A stretch of DNA of 64,000 bases from an uncultured Acidobacteriota bacterium (GTDB lineage Bacteria; Acidobacteriota; Thermoanaerobaculia; Multivoradales; SZUA-115). The notes below the pieces were generated by a model. That model did not search any database. It worked only from the letters and a program-made list of their open reading frames with translations, and was not told the DNA's origin. The translations under genes and the position numbers were made by a program. Positions 1-9,857 of the stretch are shown here, in pieces (within the stretch, counting starts at the first letter, position 1; every line of letters starts with the position of its first letter). The stretch covers positions 192,001 to 256,000 of the forward strand of contig CAWDVR010000003.1 in assembly GCA_963805975.1 (NCBI GenBank). The letters run 5' to 3'.

Positions 1-633
1 CGAGACTTGCGGCTGCTCGAGATCCACGAGGGCTGGGTGCACCTGGGCACCACCTTCAACGGCCTGGCGCAGCCCTACTGCACCTTCCTCGCCAAGGGGC
101 CGCCGTCCTCCACCGTGACGCAGGAAGGTCTCGCCATCCTGATGGAGATCCTGGCCTTCGCCTCGCACCCGCCCCGCGTGCGGCGCCTGGCCAACCGCAT
201 CCGCGCCGTCCACATGGCCGAGCAGGGCGCCACCTTTCTCGAGGTGTTCGGCTACTTCCGCCTCCAGGGCACGAGCGAGGCCGACAGCTTCGCCAACGCG
301 GCGCGCGTCTTTCGCGGCTCGACGCCGACCGGCGGCCCGTTCACCAAGGACATCACCTACAACAAGGGCTTCATCCTCACCTACAACTACATCCAGCTCG
401 CGATCAAGAACGGCCTGCTCGACCGCATCCCCATGCTCTTCTGCGGCAAGGCGACGCTCGAGGACGTCCGTTCCCTGGCGCAGCTCGTCACGGAGGGCCT
501 GGTGGTGCCGCCGCGCTTCCTGCCGCCGCAGTTCACCGACCTCAACGCCCTCTCGGCCTGGATGTGCTACTCGAACTTCCTGAACCGCCTCAACCTGGCG
601 CGAATCGAGGCGGACTATGCGGGTATCCTGTAG
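1..633 (+). CDS. QEGLA-motif (DUF1704/MATCAP-like) putative metallopeptidase, 5'-partial
   Basis: Frame open from the window edge; HEGWVH metal motif, TQEGLA signature, and ARVFRG and FTKD..Y..G motifs. Confidence 0.85.
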   Translation, partial: RDLRLLEIHEGWVHLGTTFNGLAQPYCTFLAKGPPSSTVTQEGLAILMEILAFASHPPRVRRLANRIRAVHMAEQGATFLEVFGYFRLQGTSEADSFANAARVFRGSTPTGGPFTKDITYNKGFILTYNYIQLAIKNGLLDRIPMLFCGKATLEDVRSLAQLVTEGLVVPPRFLPPQFTDLNALSAWMCYSNFLNRLNLARIEADYAGIL

Positions 634-1708
634 GGCTGGGCCGGCATCCTGTAGGGCTGGGAGCGTACTGCTCTGGCTCTGCCTCCTCGGCCAGGCAGGC
701 CCGCTCGCCGCGGTAGAGGTCGAGGCGGACCTCACGGAGATCGCCCCCGGCGTGTGGGTGGCCCTGCAGCCGGAGGCGCAGCGCTACAACGACTCGAACG
801 CGGTGGTCGTCGAGACCGAGCGCGAGGTGCTGGTGGTCGACACCCAGGCCGATCCGCTCTTCGTGCGCGCGCTCGCCGCCGAGATCCGCCGCCGCACGAC
901 GAAACCGGTGCGCTTCGTGGTCTACACGCACTGGCACCCGGACCACACCGGGACCGGCGCCCTCTACCGCGAGCTGTTCCCGGGGCCGATCGACTTCATC
1001 GCCCACCGCTCGCTCGCCGAGGACGTGCCGAAGCGCGCCGCGCCCCAGGCGCTGGAGCTGCTCGAGAACCTGAAGGGCGCCGTGGAGCAAGGCGAGCGCC
1101 GTCTCGCCGGCAGGGGAGCGGAGGCGCCGGCGACCGACGAGGAGCGCAAGAGCCTGGAGGCGCGCCTCGAGCGCCACCGAGAGCGGCTCCGGCAGCTCAC
1201 GGGTCTCGCTCCCGCGGCTCCGACCCTGACCTTCGACGACGAGCTGACCCTCCACCGCGAGGGCCGCACCTTGCGCTTCCTCCACGCCCCCGGTCACACG
1301 CGGGGCGACCTGGTGCTGCTCATCCCGGAGGCAAGGGTCCTGGTCGGCGGCGACCTGGTGGACGACCTCCCGTTCGGCGGCCACGGCTCGCCCGCGGCCT
1401 GGCTCGCCACGCTCCGGCGGCTTGCCGATCTGGACTTCGAGGTCCTGGTGCCCGGCCACGGCCCCTTGCACCGCGGCAAGGAGCACCTGCGCACGCTGAT
1501 CCGGCTGGTGGAGATGGTCCGTGCTCAGGTGGGGGCGGCGGTCGCCGCCGGCAAGGATCTCGAGGCGACGTGCGCGGCCGTCGATATCTCCGCGCTCCGC
1601 AGCGCGCTCGCCGGCGACGACGAAGCGCGCCGCGGCCTGTTCGACGAGTTCATGGCCGAGACCCTCGAGCGCGCCTGGAAAGAGGCGCGGGGCGAGGCGA
1701 TGGAGTAG
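617..1708 (+). CDS. Secreted MBL-fold metallo-hydrolase (cyclase-like)
   Basis: Signal-like N-terminus; THWHPDHTG (HxHxDH), GHTRGD, GGDL, VPGHG motifs; exact start uncertain. Confidence 0.85.
   Translation: MRVSCRAGPASCRAGSVLLWLCLLGQAGPLAAVEVEADLTEIAPGVWVALQPEAQRYNDSNAVVVETEREVLVVDTQADPLFVRALAAEIRRRTTKPVRFVVYTHWHPDHTGTGALYRELFPGPIDFIAHRSLAEDVPKRAAPQALELLENLKGAVEQGERRLAGRGAEAPATDEERKSLEARLERHRERLRQLTGLAPAAPTLTFDDELTLHREGRTLRFLHAPGHTRGDLVLLIPEARVLVGGDLVDDLPFGGHGSPAAWLATLRRLADLDFEVLVPGHGPLHRGKEHLRTLIRLVEMVRAQVGAAVAAGKDLEATCAAVDISALRSALAGDDEARRGLFDEFMAETLERAWKEARGEAME
619..661 (+). repeat. 21-nt-period tandem duplication of the QEGLA gene 3' end
   Basis: ATCCTGTAGGGCTGGG at 625-640 and 646-661; both copies read Ala-Gly-Ile-Leu-stop (gcg ggt atc ctg tag / gcc ggc atc ctg tag). 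Confidence 0.9.
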
Positions 1709-1888
1709 GGCGGGCTCAGGTATCAAGGCTTCGACCACTCCCGCATCGAGCACCGGTTTCGGCGAGCTTGACTCGCATCTTCTGGAGTGCTCTTATTCCG
1801 ATAGTTTGCCGGATCGCTTTTCTCGAACCTGTGGCAGTTCTATGGAGCTCTGGCTCCAGGATCGCCACCCTGCCCCATGAGGTGACCT

Positions 1889-2257
1889 ATGAGTCGTTCG
1901 CTGCTGGTAGTTCTCTTCGCCTTCGTCGCCGTCTGCCTGGCCTCGACCGCCATGGCCCAGCCCTCCCAGGTCGCCAACTTCACGGGCGACTGCAACAGCG
2001 GCACCCTCACCTGCGACTTCGACGCCTCTGCCTCCGTCTGCTCGGTAGGCGCTTTCCCCACCGGCTACTTCTGGACCTTCAGCAACCCCTCGGGTGGTGG
2101 CTCGGGCGTGACCGATAGCCACGCTTTCAGCAACTCGAACAACGCCAACGTCACCTTGCAGCTCAACTGCTCGGACGGCCGGGACGCGCAGAAGACCCGC
2201 ACCGTGTGTTGGGGCGGCGGCAGCGGCTGCATCCTGCCGAACGTCGGGCCGAACTGA
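1889..2257 (+). CDS. Small secreted Cys-rich PKD-like domain protein
   Basis: GAGG RBS; signal peptide ending AMA; VANFT..C....C.FDASAS, Y.WTF, SHAF, VTL features of PKD domains; 6 Cys in the mature part. Confidence 0.7.
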   Translation: MSRSLLVVLFAFVAVCLASTAMAQPSQVANFTGDCNSGTLTCDFDASASVCSVGAFPTGYFWTFSNPSGGGSGVTDSHAFSNSNNANVTLQLNCSDGRDAQKTRTVCWGGGSGCILPNVGPN

Positions 2258-2284
2258 CAGGCGTAGGGTAGGCTCCGCGTCACG

Positions 2285-3706
2285 ATGAGCGGAGATGCAC
2301 GGGCGGGCACGCGCCGCGCCATCCCCCAGGTCGCGAAGCTGCTGGCGAGCGAGGAGATTCGCCCTCTGCTCGCCATCCGCCCGCGGGCGGAGGTGGTGGC
2401 GGCGCTCCGGAGTGTGCTGGCCGAGCTTCGCAGCCGGGCCGCCGGAGCGCTGCCGGCCGAGGAGCTGGCTGTACCGTCCATCGCCCGCCGGGCCGAGGCC
2501 GCGCTCGCAGAGCGGAGGCGCGCCTACTACCGCCCGGTGATCAACGCCACGGGCGTGGTGCTGCACACCAACCTCGGCCGGGCGCCTCTCGCCGCCGAGG
2601 CAGTGGCGGCGCTCGGCGCCACCGCGGGCGGCGCGCAGCGGCTGGAGCTCGACCTCGAGACCGGCGAGCGCGGCGGCCGGGACGACGGCTGCGCGCGGCT
2701 GCTCGTGGAGCTCACGGGCGCGGAGGCGGCGACAGTCGTCAACAACAACGCCGCGGCGACCCTCCTGATCCTCGCCGCGCTGGCGCGAGGCCGGAAGGTG
2801 ATCGTCTCCCGCGGCGAGCTGGTCGAGATCGGCGGCTCCTACCGCATCCCGGAGATCCTCGCCGAGAGCGGCGCCCACCTCGCCGAGGTGGGCACTACCA
2901 ACCGCACGCATCTGCGGGACTACGCGCAGGCGATCGACGGCCACGGACTGGACGACCCGGCCGGCCTGCTGCTCAAGGTCCACACCTCCAACTACAGAAT
3001 CCAGGGCTTCACCGCCGAGGTCGGGATCGAGGAGCTGGTGGCGCTGGGCGCCGAGCGGGGCGTGCCCGTGGTCCACGACCTGGGCTCGGGCTGCCTGGTG
3101 GACCTCGGGCGGCGCGGCCTCGGCGGCGAGCCGCTGGTGGCCCGCTCGGTCGCAGCCGGCTGCGACCTGGTGTGCTTCTCGGCGGACAAGCTCCTGGGCG
3201 GCCCGCAGGCGGGGGTCCTGGTGGGCAAGGCAGCCGCAGTCGAGCGCTGCCGGCAGCAGCCGCTCTTCCGCGCGCTGCGGCCGGGGCGGCTCGTCTACAC
3301 GGCTCTCGAGGCCACCCTGCGCCTCTACGCCGAGGGTGAGGACGCCGCCCTGGCCCGCGTGCCGGCGCTGGCGCGGCTCACGGCGCCGCAGTCGACCCTC
3401 CGCCGGCGTGCCGAGCGGCTGGCGCGGCGCCTGGCCCGCTTGCCGGGACTCTCGGCGCGCGCCGTTCCCTGTGTCTCGCAGGCGGGGAGCGGCGCCTTGC
3501 CGGCCGTCGAGCTGCCGAGCTTCGGGGTCGAGGTCGAGGCCGCCGGCCGCTCGGCCGCGGACCTCGCCGCCGCTCTCCGCCAGGGCGAGCCCGCGGTGCT
3601 CGGCCGGCTGCACGACGGTGCCGTGCTGCTCGACCTGCGGACCGTGGCCGAGGAGGAGGTCGCGCCGCTGCTGCGCCGCATGGCGGAGTGCCTGGCAGTT
3701 CGGTAG
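2285..3706 (+). CDS. selA: L-seryl-tRNA(Sec) selenium transferase
   Basis: VINATGVVLHTNLGRAPL, VVNNNAAA, SRGELVEIGGSYRIP, EVGTTNRT, KVHTSNY, FSADKLLGGPQAG (PLP lysine), LLDLRTV. Confidence 0.97.
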   Translation: MSGDARAGTRRAIPQVAKLLASEEIRPLLAIRPRAEVVAALRSVLAELRSRAAGALPAEELAVPSIARRAEAALAERRRAYYRPVINATGVVLHTNLGRAPLAAEAVAALGATAGGAQRLELDLETGERGGRDDGCARLLVELTGAEAATVVNNNAAATLLILAALARGRKVIVSRGELVEIGGSYRIPEILAESGAHLAEVGTTNRTHLRDYAQAIDGHGLDDPAGLLLKVHTSNYRIQGFTAEVGIEELVALGAERGVPVVHDLGSGCLVDLGRRGLGGEPLVARSVAAGCDLVCFSADKLLGGPQAGVLVGKAAAVERCRQQPLFRALRPGRLVYTALEATLRLYAEGEDAALARVPALARLTAPQSTLRRRAERLARRLARLPGLSARAVPCVSQAGSGALPAVELPSFGVEVEAAGRSAADLAAALRQGEPAVLGRLHDGAVLLDLRTVAEEEVAPLLRRMAECLAVR

Positions 3707-3774
3707 CGAGGCCTGTCCCGCTCGTCGCGCGGCTTCGCACTCTCGAAGAACCCGTCTCCGGCGGGTTTGCTCTC

Positions 3775-5103
3775 ATGGCCCTGATCGAGCCCTTCCACGA
3801 CACTTCGCAGGCGGTCTCGGCGTTTCGCCGCGTGCCGCGCACCGGGGTGATCTACGTCACCGCCGAGGCGCAGGCGCGAGGCTTCCACGCCGGCCATCCG
3901 GAGTGGAGCAACCTCGGCCAGGGCATGCCGGAGACCGGGCCGCTGCCCGGCGGGCCGGAGCGCCAGGGCGCCGTCGCCATCGATCCGGCCGACCACGAGT
4001 ACGCGCCGGTGGCCGGCATCCCGGAGCTGCGCGAAGCCGTGGCGGCGCTCGCCAACCGCCTCTTCCGGCGCGGCATGCGCTCCCAGTACACGGCGGAGAA
4101 CGTGGCCATCTCGGGCGGCGGCCGGGCGGCGCTCACCCGGGCCGCGGCGGTCCTCGGCCGCATCAACCTCGGCCACTTCCTGCCCGACTACACGGCCTAC
4201 GAAGAGCTGCTGGACATCTTTCGCCTCTTCTCCCCGATCCCCATCCTGCTCGACCCGGCGAGCGGCTACGCCTTCACCGCCCGCGACCTCGAGCGCGAGA
4301 TCGAGGAGCGCGGCATCTCCGGCCTGCTGTTCTCGAACCCCTGCAACCCCACCGGCAAGCTGATCGCCGGCGCCGAGCTCGCGGACTGGATCGGCGTGGC
4401 GCGCAAGCACGACTGCGCGCTGCTGATCGACGAGTTCTACTCGCACTACGTCTGGCACGCGGGTGAGGGCGAGCCCGGGCCGATCGTCAGCGCCGCCCGC
4501 TACGTCGAGGACGTGGACCGCGACCCGGTGGTGATCTTCGACGGCCTGACCAAGAACTGGCGCTACCCCGGCTGGCGGGTCACCTGGGCGCTCGGCCCCA
4601 AGTCCGTCATCGAGGCCATGGGAAGCGCCGGCTCGTTCCTGGACGGCGGCGGCACGCGGCCCCTCCAGCGCTCGGCCGTGGCGCTCCTCGAGCCCGAGCG
4701 CGTGCTCGCCGAGACCGCCTCGCTCAAGCGTGCCTTCGCCGCCAAGCGCCAGCGCATGCTCGGGCGCCTGGCCGAGCTCGGCTTCCGGTTCGACCGCGAA
4801 CCGGACGGCACCTTCTACGCCTGGGTGGGGCTCGAGGGCTTGCCGGAAAGTCTCACCGAGGGCATGTCGTTCTTCCGCGCCGCGCTGGAGCGCAAGGTCA
4901 TCTCGGTGCCGGGCGTGTTCTTCGACGTCAACCCCGGCCGCCGCCGCGCCCGCTCGCTGTCGCGCTTCCACCAGCGCGTGCGCCTCTCCTTCGGCCCACC
5001 GATGCCGGAGGTGGAGCGCGGCCTCGCCGCCATCGCGGAGATGATCGCCGAGGCCGGCGCCACCCCCCACCGCCCGGCGTCGCTGGCGGTGGGAGTGGCG
5101 TAA
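3775..5103 (+). CDS. PLP-dependent aminotransferase, class I/II
   Basis: NLGQGMPE, SNPCNPTG, IDEFY, GLTKNWRYPGWRV (PLP lysine), VRLSF; start taken at ATG 3775. Confidence 0.92.
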   Translation: MALIEPFHDTSQAVSAFRRVPRTGVIYVTAEAQARGFHAGHPEWSNLGQGMPETGPLPGGPERQGAVAIDPADHEYAPVAGIPELREAVAALANRLFRRGMRSQYTAENVAISGGGRAALTRAAAVLGRINLGHFLPDYTAYEELLDIFRLFSPIPILLDPASGYAFTARDLEREIEERGISGLLFSNPCNPTGKLIAGAELADWIGVARKHDCALLIDEFYSHYVWHAGEGEPGPIVSAARYVEDVDRDPVVIFDGLTKNWRYPGWRVTWALGPKSVIEAMGSAGSFLDGGGTRPLQRSAVALLEPERVLAETASLKRAFAAKRQRMLGRLAELGFRFDREPDGTFYAWVGLEGLPESLTEGMSFFRAALERKVISVPGVFFDVNPGRRRARSLSRFHQRVRLSFGPPMPEVERGLAAIAEMIAEAGATPHRPASLAVGVA

Positions 5104-5136
5104 TACTGAGGGCGAGCCCGGTCGCGGCGTCTGGCC

Positions 5137-7020
5137 CTACCGCTGCGGGCGGCTTCACCGCGAACGGCTCGCTCTCCGCCACCGGCTCGGTGGCCTCGTC
5201 GACCAACAGCTCCAGCACATAGCCCTCGCCGGCCCGGTCGATGGTCAGACCGGAGAAGGTCGCCGCGCCGCGCACCAACTCGATGCGGGTACGGCCGGAG
5301 AGCTTGGCCCCGGCGGCCCCGCTGCCTGGTTTGAGCCGCAGCAGCAACTTGCCGGTTGGCGGCCTGGTACCGCCCTCGCCCGCAGGGATGTCGACTCTCA
5401 GGTCGAAGGCGACCTGGGCTGTCACGTCGTCGAGCACGTGGTCGATGATGATGCCACCTCGCTTGTACGGCCCGTAGCACTCGATCAGCTCGCAGGTCTT
5501 GCAGTCGCGGCCGGTGAAGGAGTACTTGAGGCAGAAGCTCAGGGAGTCGCCGCACCACCAGCTCCCGCCCACCGGCGGTAGCTGGAGATTCAAGCTCATC
5601 GGCGCTGCCGAGAGTGTGGTGGGAGAGCCGTAGGTGAACAGGATCTCGCGCGAGGCCGGCGACACCGGCAGCATGGAGGTGGCGGGAGGCAGCGAGCCAC
5701 TCAGGATGTAGCTGTCCCTGGAGCCCGCGGTCCCGCAGCCGCTCGAGGGCACGACCGAGGTGGAGATCAGGTCCACGGCCACCCGCGTGACCGGCATCGG
5801 GCTCGCGGTGAGCGCGGCGGTGAAGTTGGAGCCGGCGAGCTTTTCGTCCTTGACGCTGAGCTCGTTGCAACGGCAGCAGTCCGCCAGCCAGCTCGTGCAG
5901 GGCTTGACGTCGAGCACGGCTCGGGAGGTGCAGCCGTCCTGGTTCGTGGCGGTCACGGTGACGACCCCGTTCTGCTGCGGGTTGGTCCAGTTGACCTGGA
6001 CGCACTGGCCGGTCGAGCTACCGACTAGGGTGCCGTTGCTCGCCGTCCAGCTGTAGCTCACCCCGGCGGCCGCCGGGTTCACGCAGTAGGTGGCCGGCGA
6101 GTTGCAGGTCATGAGCGGCCCGTTGATCACCGGTGTCGCCGGCTTGGGCTTGATGGCGACGGGCTTGGTGATGCAGAGCGGCGCCGCCGTGCCGCCGTTG
6201 ATGCAGAGCGTCACCGCGTGGTTTCCGGAGGTGGCGAAGCTCGGAGTCGGGTTCGGTGCGGTCGAGGTCGCCGGGGTTCCGCCGCTGAACGTCCAGGAGT
6301 AGCTGCTGGCACCGGTCGAGGTGCTGGTGAACTGCACCGCCGCACCAGCGCAGGCCGGGGTGAAGGTGAAATCCGCCTTCGCACAAGTCCCCGGCTGGAA
6401 GCAGAGGTTGTCGTAACCCACCACCTCGCTCTGAGTGGGGCTGCCCCAATCGACGGGGAGGAGGAGCGCGGTGACGTTGGCGATGAGCGTGTTCCAGTTG
6501 GCGGTGCTCGGAGTCATTGTCCAGGTTCCGTTCGGGCTCGTCGGCGGGGCGGTGCCGGGGCTGGTCGGGGAGAGGGGGGCACAGAGCGTGTGCCAGCCGC
6601 TTCCCGGAAGGATGATCTGGTTGCCGACGAAGGTCGCCGTGATCGCCGGCGTGGTCGAGACCAGGCTGACCGCGCCTCCTCGCTGACTATGAGCCGGGTC
6701 GTTGGCTATCAGGTTGACGTCGAAGCAGAACTGGCCGCAGCCGAGCCTGGCGGCGAGGTTGCCCAGCAGGGGTTGGTTGGAGCGCTGAGATTGGAGGCGT
6801 AGAGATCGTCTCGCAAGCTGATGTAGCCCGCCGGGTTGCCTCCGGTCAGCGGGTAAGTTGGCGGCTGGGTATTGACGGCCGTCCACCCACCTGGGGCGCC
6901 GTTGTCGAAGTTGGTACAGGCCGAGCCGGGCTGGCCGAAGCTCGGGGTCGGGATGGCCAGGAGCAAAGCGACGAGGCCAAGGCACCAAGGCAGGGACGGC
7001 ACACGGTGTGCGGGTCGCAT
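5137..7020 (-). CDS. Secreted modular Cys-rich protein (laminin-IV-like N domain, PKD and Ig-like domains); frameshifted near 6770 and probably near 5148
   Basis: GGAGG RBS and signal peptide at ATG 7020. The frame carrying GGNPAGYISLRD...SAPTN switches to the frame carrying LLGNL...YDN. PKD motif ADFTF..VQFTSTSTGASSYSWTFSGGTP; C-terminal GAATFSGLTIDRAGEGYVL. End assumes TAG at 5137-5139 after a 1-nt indel; as written the frame runs to 4928, into the convergent gene. Confidence 0.6.
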
Positions 7021-7158
7021 GGTTTTCCTCCTCGAGGGTCCTTCCCGGATCGCGCCCCGCAAGATGGCGGGGCGCGCAAGAAAGATCAACTGGAGGAGAA
7101 AACGGTTCGAACGGCGAAAAAACCTCACCCGCGCAATGAGACGCGACCCAGCCGCCCC

Positions 7159-7983
7159 TTACTTCTCCATCAGCACCCCATCGAACTCCGGCGAAGCCAG
7201 AAGCGCATCCACCACGCGCTCGAAGTCGCGGCGCTCGAGGTCGTCGAGGTACATGCGCCGGCCGTCGCTGTCCGGCGCGCGGCTCAGGAGGCCGCGGTAC
7301 AGGCTGTCGAGGAGCTTCGAGGGCGACAGGTCGGCGCGGTTCTCCCGGAACTCCTCGCTCCGTAGCATGCCGTCGGCCACGCGCTCGAGGTCGCCGCGTT
7401 GGATGTCGGAGACCGCCGACTTGAGACCGGCCGCATCCGGCTCGCGGCCGAGGATGCCGCGATAGAGGCGGCCGGCGATCCGCTCCGCCTGGAAGCGGGA
7501 GAGGTTGTCGCGGGAGACCCCGGTGACCTCGATATGCAGCGGCCACTCCAGGTTCAAATTGCCGGGTACCCAGAGCAGCAGGTCACAGGATCCGCGGCGG
7601 GCACCGGCGCGGATCTCGTAGCGGCCCTCGTTCTCACCCTCTTCCTCGATGGTCACGAGATCGCGGCACGAGCGGTCGGCTTCGAGGCCGTAGCGCAGAC
7701 GCTGGTCGGGGAACTCGCGCCCGTACTGGTCCCGGGCATCGAAGGCGAGCTCGAGCTCCTGGCCGGCGACGAGGCGGATCGCCTGCTCGCGCGAGACGGG
7801 CTCCAGCCGTCCGCCCCCGAGGGCGGCGAAGACGGTGACGTCGCAGACGACGGCTTTCGACCCCATGGACGGGCAGTCCTGGGCGAAGGCGGACGGGATT
7901 GCGAGCGAGGCGGGGAGCAGAATGGAAAAAGCCAGCGTCGCGGCTGGCAAGAAGTGCTGGTTTCGGCGTGCGAAGAGGGTCAT
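7159..7983 (-). CDS. Secreted protein with two DUF4214-like repeats
   Basis: Signal peptide (AFA); LYRGILGREPDAAGL..SEEF and LYRGLLSRAPDSDG..SPEF repeats. Confidence 0.75.
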   Translation of the reverse strand: MTLFARRNQHFLPAATLAFSILLPASLAIPSAFAQDCPSMGSKAVVCDVTVFAALGGGRLEPVSREQAIRLVAGQELELAFDARDQYGREFPDQRLRYGLEADRSCRDLVTIEEEGENEGRYEIRAGARRGSCDLLLWVPGNLNLEWPLHIEVTGVSRDNLSRFQAERIAGRLYRGILGREPDAAGLKSAVSDIQRGDLERVADGMLRSEEFRENRADLSPSKLLDSLYRGLLSRAPDSDGRRMYLDDLERRDFERVVDALLASPEFDGVLMEK

Positions 7984-8153
7984 TGGACTGGCTCCTTGGC
8001 AGACATGCTCGGGATGAGTGTGTCGCCAGTGGAGGATTGCAGATCCCGTGCCGGCCGCGCAGCCGTGTGACGGGCCGGAGCCCGGCACGACGCATTCCCT
8101 AGCAGAGACCGGCGAGCAAGAGATCGCCAGTCCACTTGCGAAAGGAGTGCTCC

Positions 8154-9811
8154 ATGAGAACGAAGAGACGCTGGCTTTGGATGCTGATACTGCTGGTGCT
8201 GGCGGGGACGGCGGAGCGGACGCGCGCCGTGCCGACGGTGCCGATCGCGGTCGATCCCACCAATCCCCAGTATTTCCTCTACGACGGCCAGACGATCGCC
8301 CTGGTCGGGGCGTCGGCCGAGTTCCTCTGCCACGTCTGGCAGCCGAACCAGGACCCGTTCTACTGCACCTATGGCACCTATCCGGGCTACATCGACGCCC
8401 TGGTCGGACGCCACCTCAACAAGCTGCAGCTCTGGATCGGCCTCAACCACAGCCCCGGCAAGGCCCTCTCGGGCACCGGCAACCCCTACGACCAGGAGCA
8501 GCCGTTCCGCCTCCTGGCCTCCGGCAAGTGGGACCTGAACCAGCACGCCGAGCGGCCCACGCCCAGCGACCCCAAGGAGTTCTTCGAGCGGCTGGAGGAC
8601 GTGGTGGCCTATGCGCCGCCGCCCGCAACGTGATCGTGGAGATCGTCTTCTTCGATCCCTGGAGCGGCGACTGGAACCTGGGGCCTTGGAAATCGACCCA
8701 GAACGTCAACACCATCGGTTTCTCGCTGCGCAAGTTCTTCGTCAGCTTCGACAACGGCAGCGGCGACCTGGCGGGCGGCGTCAACCAGACTGCCCGCATC
8801 GAGCAGGTCGAGATGATGAAGAAGGTGGTCGCGAGGCTGAACGGCTACAAGAACGTCTACTGGCAGATCGCCAACGAGCCGGAGATCAACTCCGCCAACG
8901 GGGTGACCGGCGCCCAGGCCATCACCTGGCACCGCTCGATGATCCAGCAGCTCTACTGCTACGAGGACACGCTGCCGGGCGGCCATCACCTGATCGGCGT
9001 CAACTACCACACCGGGACGGCGCTGGCGAGCGTCCCCAACGCTTTCTCGCCCTGCGCCACGGGCCCGGTGCCGAGGATCGACATCGTCAACGGGCACTAC
9101 GTGGAGCTCAACGACACCAGCCGCCATGCCGCCATCCGCATGATCCGCAATTACCATCTCGGCCCCCTGGGATCGCTCAACCGGATCTTCGGCTTCAACG
9201 AGGGCCGCTGGTCGGGACAGGCCGGCATCGGCGGCATCACCGGTGAGGCGGCGCGCGCCGAGGCCTGGGAGTTCATGCTCAACGAGGGCGGCGTCTACGA
9301 CCGCTACGACCTCAACAAGGGCTCAGCCCGTTCGCTCGACGCACGCCGTTACCTGCAATACCTCGCCGACTTCCTCAAGGGCTTCGACCTGCGCTTCATG
9401 ACCCGCGCCAACACCAGCCCGCCACCCTGGGCGCAGGGCGTGGCCGCGTATCCCCCGGACCCGCTCGGCACTGCCTGCCGTACCAGCGCCTGCACCTTCT
9501 CCGCCGCCATGCACTGGACGCGGAACCAGTACGCCCTCTACATCCACCACAGCAAGATCCTGAACGGCGCGGGCGATCCCAACTTCCGTGCCTACGAGCC
9601 GGTGTTCGACACCACGCCGCCTACTTACCAGGAGAACCTGCAGCTCGCCCTGGGCAACCAGGTGGCGACCTTCGTCGCCGAGTGGGTCGACCCGGCGACG
9701 GGCGGCACGATCGGCGCGCCGGTCACCATCAACTGGCCCGGCAGCGGCACTTTCCCGCTGACCTCGCCGCAGTACTCGTTCGACATCGCGCTCCGCATCA
9801 AGAGGCAGTAG
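8154..9811 (+). CDS. Secreted putative clan GH-A TIM-barrel glycoside hydrolase with C-terminal beta domain; frameshifted at ~8614
   Basis: AAGGAG RBS and signal peptide; VDPTNPQYFLYDG; FFERLEDVVAY then (other frame) AAARNVIVEIVFFD; WQIANEPE (acid/base), GFNEG (nucleophile-like), AEWVDPATG...SPQYSFDIALRI. Confidence 0.7.
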
Positions 9812-9857
9812 CTTCTACGCGGCCGGCGCCCGACCGGGCCGGCCGCTTTTCCGCGGC

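Noticed and set aside
617-1708. MBL-fold and serine hydrolase (18311-20212) genes as true beta-lactamases, or a resistance island with cat and ABC-F
   Set aside because: Only fold-level motifs are visible; the genes are dispersed and no mobile element is present.
1709-1888. tRNA-Sec or riboswitch near selA
   Set aside because: No cloverleaf, UCA anticodon arm or recognisable riboswitch consensus found by eye.
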